Positions 7,349 through 14,048 of a stretch of 38,426 nucleotides of DNA are shown here, one piece after another. The notes below the pieces were generated by a model that saw only the letters and a program-made list of their open reading frames with translations, was not told the origin of the DNA and made no database searches. This DNA is from Kiritimatiellia bacterium (GTDB lineage Bacteria; Verrucomicrobiota; Kiritimatiellia; UBA8416). The stretch lies in the NCBI GenBank assembly GCA_047920915.1, contig JBLRXB010000002.1:1-38426 (forward strand), read 5' to 3'. Each line of letters opens with the position of its first letter. The stretch's first letter is position 1. A program made the translations under genes and the position numbers.

Positions 7349-9358
7349 TTATTTGTTACGGATGGCATGCACGGTGTGCACGACATTATCGACGGTGAAG
7401 CCGAATTCCTCCGCCAGTTTCTGGCAGGGTGCCGATGCACCGAAGCGCGGCATGCCGATGTAATGGGCGCCATCCCCCACGTATTTTTCCCAGCCCATGG
7501 TGGCGGCAGCCTCGATTACCAGACGAATCGGACACTGCCGGGAGATAACAGAGGCCTTGTAGGCGGCATCCTGTTTTTCGAAGAGCTCCCAGGATGGCAT
7601 GCTTACCACCCGCACACAGCACTCGGAGGCCAGCTGTTTAGCTGCACCGAGCGCAAGCTCCACTTCGGAGCCGGAGGCAATCAGGGTGACATCCGGCTCC
7701 AGCCCTTCGCTTTGCCACAGGATGTAGGCCCCCTTACGCAATTCCAGTGCCGATGGGTAGACGCTGCGATCAATGACATTGAGGTTTTGCCGCGTGAGCA
7801 GGATGGCGGTCGGTCCGCTCTTGTTCTCCAGGGCGGCCAGCCAGGCTGCCGCGGTCTCGGTCGGGTCAGCAGGACGGATGGTCGTCACCCCGGGCATACA
7901 ACGCAGGGAGGCCAATTGCTCGACGGGTTCGTGCGTGGGGCCATCCTCACCGACATAGAAGCTGTCGTGTGTGAAGACGTAGGTCACGGGAAGCTTCATA
8001 ATGGAGGCGAGCCGCACAGCGGGCCGCATATAATCGACAAATACGAAGAATGTGGCACCGAAGATGCGAAAGCCACCGTGGAGGGCCACGCCATTCATGA
8101 TAGCGCCCATACCGTGCTCACGCACACCGAAATGGAAGTTGCGTCCGGCAAAATCGCCTTTTCGAATACTGGTCGTATCCTTGAGGAGCGTTTTGGTGCT
8201 GGGTGCAAGATCGGCTGACCCACCGACGAAGTGTGGTACGGCTGCTGCAATCGCTTGCATGACGGTTCCGCCTGCGGCACGGGTTGCCTGCGGGGTACTA
8301 ACATCAAAGACGGGTAAACGATCCGCCAAGTCAGCCGGCAGGACATCGTTGAGGCCGTTGCTCCAGCTTTCAGCCTTTTCCGGATACGCTTCGGTATAGG
8401 CCGTAAACAATTTGTTCCATTTCGCGTGTTTGCGTTGCAGCCGGGCGCACCGCGCGGCAAACAGTTCCCGTACGCTATCGGCAACAAAGAACTTCTGATC
8501 TTCGGGCAAGCCTAATTCGCGTTTACTGAGAATGACTTCATCCGGGCCCAAGGGTTCGCCATGCACGGATGAGGTGTCGGCTTTGTTGGGGCTACCCTTC
8601 CCGATGATGGAGGTACAGATGATGATGGTCGGCCGTTCGCTCTGGCGGCGGGCTTTACGGATGGCCTTATCGATGTCGTCGAAATTGTGGGCATCCACCT
8701 GCAGCACGTTCCAGTTATAGCCCTTGAAGCGCCGACTGACATCGTCGCTGTAGGCCAAATGGGTGCGCCCTTCGATCGTGATGCTGTTATCATCATAAAA
8801 GAGGATCAGCTTGTTCAGGCCCAGGTGACCGGCAGAAGAGAATACTTCGTGGCTGATGCCTTCCATGAGATCGCCATCTCCGCAGAACACGTAGGTGTAG
8901 TGATCGACGATCGGATGCTCTTCGGTGTTGAATCGTGCGGCCAGCATTTGTTCGGCAATCGCCATACCCACGGCATTCCCGCAGCCTTGTCCCAGTGGTC
9001 CGGTGGTTGTTTCCACGCCTGGGGTATCGCCGACTTCCGGATGCCCGGGGGTCATGCTTTCCCACTGGCGGAAGCGGCCCAGTTCCTCAATCGGCAGGGC
9101 ATATCCGGCGAGGTGCAGCAAGCTGTAGATGAGCATGGAGCCGTGTCCCCCGGAGAGCACGAAACGATCGCGATCGGGCCAAGCCGGGTCGGCGGGGTCA
9201 TGCTTCAGGTACTGAAGCCAGAGTACGGTGGCGACATCCGCCATACCCATGGGCATGCCTGGATGGCCGGAATTGGCAGATTGCACACCATCCATGGCAA
9301 GGCCGCGAATGGTATTGGCTGTGAGAAGTAACTCTTTGTGGGAAAGTTTTGTAGACAT
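7349..9358 (-). CDS. tkt: transketolase
   Basis: The ORF track gives 7349..9415. I trimmed the start to the ATG at 9358 (MSTKLSHKELLLTANTIRGLAMDGVQSANSGHPGMPMG), which has AAAGGAAA 6-9 nt upstream. The TPP motif GDGDLMEGISHE is present. 669 aa. Confidence 0.95.
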   Translation of the reverse strand: MSTKLSHKELLLTANTIRGLAMDGVQSANSGHPGMPMGMADVATVLWLQYLKHDPADPAWPDRDRFVLSGGHGSMLIYSLLHLAGYALPIEELGRFRQWESMTPGHPEVGDTPGVETTTGPLGQGCGNAVGMAIAEQMLAARFNTEEHPIVDHYTYVFCGDGDLMEGISHEVFSSAGHLGLNKLILFYDDNSITIEGRTHLAYSDDVSRRFKGYNWNVLQVDAHNFDDIDKAIRKARRQSERPTIIICTSIIGKGSPNKADTSSVHGEPLGPDEVILSKRELGLPEDQKFFVADSVRELFAARCARLQRKHAKWNKLFTAYTEAYPEKAESWSNGLNDVLPADLADRLPVFDVSTPQATRAAGGTVMQAIAAAVPHFVGGSADLAPSTKTLLKDTTSIRKGDFAGRNFHFGVREHGMGAIMNGVALHGGFRIFGATFFVFVDYMRPAVRLASIMKLPVTYVFTHDSFYVGEDGPTHEPVEQLASLRCMPGVTTIRPADPTETAAAWLAALENKSGPTAILLTRQNLNVIDRSVYPSALELRKGAYILWQSEGLEPDVTLIASGSEVELALGAAKQLASECCVRVVSMPSWELFEKQDAAYKASVISRQCPIRLVIEAAATMGWEKYVGDGAHYIGMPRFGASAPCQKLAEEFGFTVDNVVHTVHAIRNK

Positions 9359-9463
9359 CGGTTTCCTTTCGTGATCATGCAGCAGGCGAGCCCTTACGGG
9401 GCAGTCGTAATACATCTTCCTGTATTTCGCACAAATGGCGGATATTGTCTAGTCGTAACTCCG

Positions 9464-9505
9464 TAAAAAAGACGCGCAGGGCTAGCGCATTGCTGCCCTG
9501 CGCGT
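9464..9505 (-). terminator. Rho-independent terminator downstream of the 9531..11432 gene
   Basis: An 11-bp perfect GC-rich stem, ACGCGCAGGGC (9472-9482) / GCCCTGCGCGT (9495-9505). On the minus strand it is followed by CTTTTTT (the plus-strand A-run at 9465-9470). Confidence 0.8.
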
Positions 9506-9530
9506 TACGCATTTACGGAAACGTTGCCGC

Positions 9531-11432
9531 TTAATCTTCGCTGATGCTCTCGTGTGGTATCAGCGTCGCATAGTCTTCGATGGAACCATTGTTCATGCAG
9601 CACTCGATAATCTGTTTACCGAGGGGCATCAAATCATCTGTGAGGAACTGCGCGATCTCTTGCTTGAAGAAGTCATGCAAGATCGTGGCGCCCTTATCAT
9701 AGGCCTCGTCGCCGACTTCGGGCTGCAGGTTCACTTTAAAGAACCATGATCCGATGCTACGGCCCTCGACGGTAATGCTGTCAGGATTCCATCCCAGCAG
9801 CGGGCAGCGGCAAGGCGTGACCTGCGCGGGGCTGAACTTTGCCCCACCCCGGCGCGCCATGTATTCGCGCGTAATCCACTGTGGCATAAAGCTGACCTCC
9901 CAGGCACCAACATGTTGGTTGGGGGTGAGAATGTATTTGACGCGCGGTGTATCCAGAATCTGCTTGAGCAGCAGATTGGCCTGGTCAACCCGCCGGCCGG
10001 TTGCAAAAGGCCAGTAGGAGCCTACGCCCTCGCTGGACATGCCCTCGCTATCCACAATACTGGGGTTAGCGTGCCCGCGCGGTGCGACCAGACGCCATAG
10101 CCAAGCCAGCGAAGGTGGCAGCAGGTGGAACATGCCGAGAATCCCGTAGGTCGGTTTTTCCTTGGTGCAAGGGGGGCAGCGAACACCGAACGAACGGATA
10201 TCGATGTCCAACGTGCCGCGATGCACGTTTGGAACAATGTCTGCCGGTACCACGACGCGCGGGTTCGGACAAGGCACGCCAGGTGCATCCTGAATGTGCT
10301 CCCAGATCAGGGCTGAGCAGTCGGGCTTGGCATCGATATTGAGGAACAATAGGGGTTTGGGAGGATGAATCGTCAGTCGCTCCAAATGCGGATCCACGCC
10401 ATATTTGGTGATATGGTTGACGCGCACAAACCACGCTTCCTCCGCGTCTGTCAGTGTCAGCTTGCCGTTGCCCTTATCGATGGAAGGATGGCACAGCGCC
10501 ATATCGTCCGTGACCGGACGAATTTTACAGAATTGCGGGATGGTTAGGTTGCGTACCTCGCCATTCACAATATTCTTTCCGAGTGTGAGGCTGCCGTCTT
10601 CCTCGCGATGCGGGTGCTCGAGCATCTCGCTCTTGCCGCCGCCACTGGCACCCTCGTGCGAAATGCCGATACGATTATCATAGGGTGTAATGACTTGTGC
10701 GGCGGAGCAATGCATTGTGACCCATTCTTCCTTCTCGCCCAGATGCAACAAGACGCCATAAATTCCCTTCTTGGCGCTTGGTCCCGGATACAGGTTGTAG
10801 CTGAAGAGCTCATGCATGCGCGGAATCCGGTTGTGCACAACCACCTGCTTGCCATCCAGATGCGTATGACGGAAAGGCGGTGCCACATATACAATTGCCT
10901 TGGGCTCAAAATCTGCCGGTAGCTCATCGGCAGGAATGATCCCTTGCAGCATGGCCAAACCAAGGGCGAAGAAACCCGCATTGGCCGGGCAAATAGCCAG
11001 TGCATCCTTGCCCTTCCCCGGCATACCGGCGACGAACGGAAAGCAAGCCAGCTCCTGGCCTTTGAGCCAGTCAAATGTTTCCTTCCGCAGACCATCGAAT
11101 GACTCGCCATAGCGCTCTTTGAAGGTCGGCTTGTTCGTTGGGCGGTTATCCCCAATGACCATGCAATCCGGGTCGCGTCGACGCATGTAGACTTCATTGT
11201 AATTGGCACTGATACCATTTTTGACTTTGCACACCTTGACTTCTTCTACCATACCCTTGCCGGCAACTTCGTAGGCCACCCGATGGTAACCATCGGCCCC
11301 AACGTCGCGCAGCGCCAGCTTTTGCAGGTCTTCCACGTTGTGGCCCAGTATTACGCTCGGCGCCGCTGTGAGCAACGCTTCGGCGTCTGCCGGCAATTTG
11401 ATCTTCTGTAAAATCATCTCCCTATCTGTCAT
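9531..11432 (-). CDS. uncharacterised ~633-aa protein with PEPCK/HprK-like P-loop (probably the family Pfam calls DUF4914; not verified)
   Basis: The ORF track gives 9531..11531. I trimmed the start to the ATG at 11432 (MTDREMILQKI...), which has AAGGAG 7 nt upstream. The P-loop GASGGGKSE is at 10626-10652, followed by VTDDMA (DD at 10503-10508). This spacing and wording resemble GxSGxGKSE...DD of HPr kinase and GLSGTGKT...GDDEH of ATP-PEPCK. Confidence 0.7.
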   Translation of the reverse strand: MTDREMILQKIKLPADAEALLTAAPSVILGHNVEDLQKLALRDVGADGYHRVAYEVAGKGMVEEVKVCKVKNGISANYNEVYMRRRDPDCMVIGDNRPTNKPTFKERYGESFDGLRKETFDWLKGQELACFPFVAGMPGKGKDALAICPANAGFFALGLAMLQGIIPADELPADFEPKAIVYVAPPFRHTHLDGKQVVVHNRIPRMHELFSYNLYPGPSAKKGIYGVLLHLGEKEEWVTMHCSAAQVITPYDNRIGISHEGASGGGKSEMLEHPHREEDGSLTLGKNIVNGEVRNLTIPQFCKIRPVTDDMALCHPSIDKGNGKLTLTDAEEAWFVRVNHITKYGVDPHLERLTIHPPKPLLFLNIDAKPDCSALIWEHIQDAPGVPCPNPRVVVPADIVPNVHRGTLDIDIRSFGVRCPPCTKEKPTYGILGMFHLLPPSLAWLWRLVAPRGHANPSIVDSEGMSSEGVGSYWPFATGRRVDQANLLLKQILDTPRVKYILTPNQHVGAWEVSFMPQWITREYMARRGGAKFSPAQVTPCRCPLLGWNPDSITVEGRSIGSWFFKVNLQPEVGDEAYDKGATILHDFFKQEIAQFLTDDLMPLGKQIIECCMNNGSIEDYATLIPHESISED

Positions 11433-11564
11433 CTGAAAACTCCTTTCGTTTTCCAAAAGTTTGATCCACGCAACTACGATATGACCAGAAGGCCAAAAAA
11501 TAATAGTGCAAAACTTGATACAATATGACACTATATTGATGTCAAGTGAGGGTTAGATTGTATT

Positions 11565-12464
11565 ATGCCACAAATCATTAGCAAATATCTATTTTCCAAA
11601 CTGCTTGTCTCGCCGGCGTTACGGGATTGTATGCAACGGTTACATGCAATATCAGGAATGGATATTTTGTTACTCGATGATCTCGGCCGTGTTCGCCTGG
11701 CTGTGCCCCGTCAACCATCCGTGCCTTTTGTGCAATTGCTGCGATCCTATGCCGAGACGGAGGTGCGGTTCCAGGAGATGCGCCAGGCTATATTGGCGGG
11801 CCGGTCAACCCATCAATTGGGGTATCATGAAATGGTCCACACGATATTGGCAGAGGATGAGATCGTCGGTTATCTGCTCTTATCCGGATACCGCTCTGCC
11901 GATTACGATAATATTGATTATACGCATACCCGCGAGGTTTGGCGTTGGTTGGCAAGGGCCGGGCGACCGGTGCGCTGGGCAGACTGGTCGCGAACGTGGT
12001 CGGCCCTACCCGCTTTCACGAAAGAACAGGCCGCCGCTTGGCGGGCAACACAGGCACTCTTTATGCGACATGTTCTTGCGCGGCTGGAAAAAATGGATAC
12101 CGATCAAGAAGTTGCCGATTGGCCCAAGCTGGTTCAGGACGCGTGTCAACGCATCCGCGCAGCATTCGACACCCCCATTCGCATGCAAGCTGTAGCCATC
12201 GAGCTAGGTGTTTGTCCCGAACATTTGAGTCGCACCTTCCATGCAGCAACAGGGATGCGCTTTGCAGAATATCTGGCGGAAACGCGCATCGGGGCGGCAT
12301 GTGAAGCCTTGCGTACGACCGACGAGCCCATTGCGCAAATTGCACACCGCTGTGGTTTTTCTACGATTTCGCGCTTCAATCGCTGCTTTAAAAGCCATCG
12401 CGAGGTTACGCCGCGTGCCTGGAGAAAGCGTGCACGGATTCAAGGACCCGCAGACAAGAAGTAA
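11565..12464 (+). CDS. AraC/XylS-family transcriptional regulator with N-terminal sensor domain
   Basis: The C-terminal double HTH is IRMQAVAIELGVCPEHLSRTFHAATGMRFAEYLAETRIGAACEALRTTDEPIAQIAHRCGFSTISRFNRCFKSHREVTPRAWRK. The N-terminal ~180 aa are of uncertain type, possibly PocR-like. The gene is divergent from the P-loop protein gene. Confidence 0.88.
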   Translation: MPQIISKYLFSKLLVSPALRDCMQRLHAISGMDILLLDDLGRVRLAVPRQPSVPFVQLLRSYAETEVRFQEMRQAILAGRSTHQLGYHEMVHTILAEDEIVGYLLLSGYRSADYDNIDYTHTREVWRWLARAGRPVRWADWSRTWSALPAFTKEQAAAWRATQALFMRHVLARLEKMDTDQEVADWPKLVQDACQRIRAAFDTPIRMQAVAIELGVCPEHLSRTFHAATGMRFAEYLAETRIGAACEALRTTDEPIAQIAHRCGFSTISRFNRCFKSHREVTPRAWRKRARIQGPADKK

Positions 12465-12582
12465 TTGCACGGGATTTTTTGACAGGACTTGCGTCTGAAA
12501 TCGATCATACTACGTGAGCAGTTTCTGTTTCAGGGTACCTCATCATGATGTATCTGTTTATTAGGTAAGGGATTATGTATAT

Positions 12583-13125
12583 ATGAAAAAAGTGATTTTG
12601 CTAGTAGGCGTGCTGTTGGTTTGTGGTGGTTGTGTCGGGATGCGCATAGAAAACTTTGGGCAAGCGCAGCCGGAACTGATTCTGGAGGAGTTTTTTACGG
12701 GTAGATTAACAGCGTACGGCATGATCAAAGACCGGCGTGGCCGCATCACCAGCACATTCAAGGCCGACTTCGTGGGAAGCTGGGACGAGAATGGCGTCGG
12801 GACGCTCGACGAAGTGTTTGTGTATGACGATGGATCGATACAGAATCGTAGTTGGACATTTACCCCCAATGGCGAAAATCGTTATTTGGGAAAAGCTTCT
12901 GACATTGTGGGAAGTTCGGAAATGGTGGTAAATGGAAATACCCTTCGGATGGACTACACCATTCAGGTTCCCTACAAGGATGGCAGCATTGATTTGACGG
13001 TGCGCGATTGGCTGCATTTACATGCTGATGGTGTAATGCTTAACCATTCCTATATGCGCAAATTCGGATTTCGCGTGGCCGAACTCGTGGTAACCATCAT
13101 CAAGGATTTCCCGGCTAGCCAGTAA
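12583..13125 (+). CDS. DUF3833-family lipoprotein
   Basis: Signal peptide plus lipobox-like MKKVILLVGVLLVCGGC. The body (LEEFFTGRLTAYGMIKDRRGRITSTFKADFVGSWD...LRMDYTIQVPYKDGSIDLTVRDWLHL) matches my recollection of the DUF3833 family. Confidence 0.75.
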   Translation: MKKVILLVGVLLVCGGCVGMRIENFGQAQPELILEEFFTGRLTAYGMIKDRRGRITSTFKADFVGSWDENGVGTLDEVFVYDDGSIQNRSWTFTPNGENRYLGKASDIVGSSEMVVNGNTLRMDYTIQVPYKDGSIDLTVRDWLHLHADGVMLNHSYMRKFGFRVAELVVTIIKDFPASQ

Positions 13126-13136
13126 CTTCATTGTTT

Positions 13137-13157
13137 ACCACAAGATGTTGTGGTTTT
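13137..13157 (+). terminator. weak hairpin terminator candidate after the lipoprotein gene
   Basis: ACCACAA-GATG-TTGTGGT followed by TTTG, 12 nt after the stop codon. The stem is short and AT-rich and the T-run is short. Confidence 0.35.
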
Positions 13158-13184
13158 GCCAACGCGCTACCACAAGCCGATTTC

Positions 13185-13335
13185 AATATCCAATAACCAA
13201 CAGTTGAAGCGAAGCGAAAACGGGCTTGAGCAACGCGAAAGCAGTGACCGAAGGGAACGGCAACGAATCTCCAATTTCCAAGGCAAAGGCTCCCAAATTT
13301 GATCATTGGATATTCCTTGTTGGTTATTGGATATT
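13185..13335. repeat. 151-bp element bounded by an 18-bp perfect inverted repeat (MITE-like)
   Basis: AATATCCAATAACCAACA at 13185-13202 is the exact reverse complement of TGTTGGTTATTGGATATT at 13318-13335. The flanks are CGATTTC (13178-13184) and CGATTCC (13336-13342). An extra direct copy of ATTGGATATTC sits at 13305-13315, 21 bp before the one in the right arm (13326-13336). Confidence 0.9.
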
Positions 13336-13424
13336 CGATTCCCCAAGTTACACACCAGCATCATCTTGGCCGCCCAAGTACCCTCATCAACAAACCCTTT
13401 TTCCATCCCAAAACGCGATTCTCC

Positions 13425-13453
13425 TTGCAACTGTACGATCGTTCAGTTACGGT
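13425..13453 (+). promoter_or_regulatory. candidate sigma70-type lexA promoter (TTGCAA-17-TACGGT)
   Basis: The -35 TTGCAA is at 13425-13430, the spacer is 17 bp, and the -10 TACGGT is at 13448-13453. The ATG at 13461 lies 7 nt after the -10 and has no SD, which suggests a leaderless transcript. Hexamer matches are only moderate. Confidence 0.35.
13429..13448. promoter_or_regulatory. candidate LexA operator (SOS box)
   Basis: AACTGTACGATCGTTCAGTT is an 18/20 self-complementary palindrome. Its core GTAC-GATC-GTTC is one mismatch from the GAAC-N4-GTTC class. It lies inside the promoter spacer, 13 nt upstream of the lexA ATG. Confidence 0.6.
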
Positions 13454-13460
13454 CTTTTCC

Positions 13461-14048
13461 ATGCCACGCCAACTCAACCTACAAGAAAAAATTTGCCAAC
13501 TACGCGCATTCTACCGCGCCGAGGGCCGACCGCCCTCTTTCGGGGAAATGGCCCAACTTTTTGGTTATGCCTCCAAAAATGCGGTCTATGGGCCTATCCG
13601 TCAACTGATCACCCGTGGCTATCTCCGCCGCACCAGTCAGGGAAAAATCGTCTTTACCACCAAAATTACCGCCCGGATCCCGGCACTTGGATCCGTTCAA
13701 GCCGGTTTTCCCTCGCCCGCCGAGGAAGAACTGCTCGACACCATCAGCCTGGATGAGTTTCTGGTCAAACGCCCCGAAGCAACCTATATCCTCACCGTAT
13801 CAGGCGATTCCATGCAGGATGCCGGCATCCACCCCGGCGACATGGTGCTCGTGGAAAAAGGCGGAACCCCGCGCCAGAACAATATCGTGATTGCCCAAGT
13901 CGATGGCGAATGGACCATGAAGTACTATGGCAAGGACCGCGACGGCGTGTACCTCGATCCCGCCAACGCGCGCTACAGCCGCATCCGCCCGATGCGAACG
14001 CTGCAAATTGGCGGCATCGTCAAAGCCGTCATACGAAAGTACCAATGA
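13461..14048 (+). CDS. lexA: LexA repressor (wHTH + S24 autopeptidase)
   Basis: The ORF track starts at a TTG at 13299. I trimmed the start to the ATG at 13461 (MPRQLNLQEKICQLRAFYRAEGRPPSFGEMAQLFGY...). The Ala-Gly cleavage site is in SVQAGFPSPA, the catalytic Ser in SGDSM and the Lys in EWTMKYY. 195 aa. Confidence 0.9.
   Translation: MPRQLNLQEKICQLRAFYRAEGRPPSFGEMAQLFGYASKNAVYGPIRQLITRGYLRRTSQGKIVFTTKITARIPALGSVQAGFPSPAEEELLDTISLDEFLVKRPEATYILTVSGDSMQDAGIHPGDMVLVEKGGTPRQNNIVIAQVDGEWTMKYYGKDRDGVYLDPANARYSRIRPMRTLQIGGIVKAVIRKYQ

Noticed and set aside
7325-8218. 297-aa ORF antisense to tkt, plus many 60-215-aa ORFs antisense to tkt, murA and recBCD
   Set aside because: These are shadow ORFs within strongly supported genes. 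They have low-complexity, Arg/Gly/His-rich translations and no start-site signals.
9403-9458. 8-mer AGTCGTAA repeated 48 bp apart upstream of tkt
   Set aside because: It is a short repeat that could arise by chance, with no palindromy or phasing evidence. I noted it only.
13203-13317. Possibility that the interior of the inverted-repeat element is a 6S-like or riboswitch RNA
   Set aside because: The interior is not self-complementary beyond the 18-bp closing stem. I recognise no known riboswitch or ncRNA consensus, so I kept it as an unexplained element rather than calling an ncRNA.
13299-13460. 5' extensions of the lexA ORF (TTG at 13299) and of the polymerase ORF (13910-14044), plus overlapping ORFs 13226..13756 and 13306..13608
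   Set aside because: The extensions run through the inverted-repeat element or through the lexA coding frame. The conserved N-termini start at the ATGs at 13461 and 14045.
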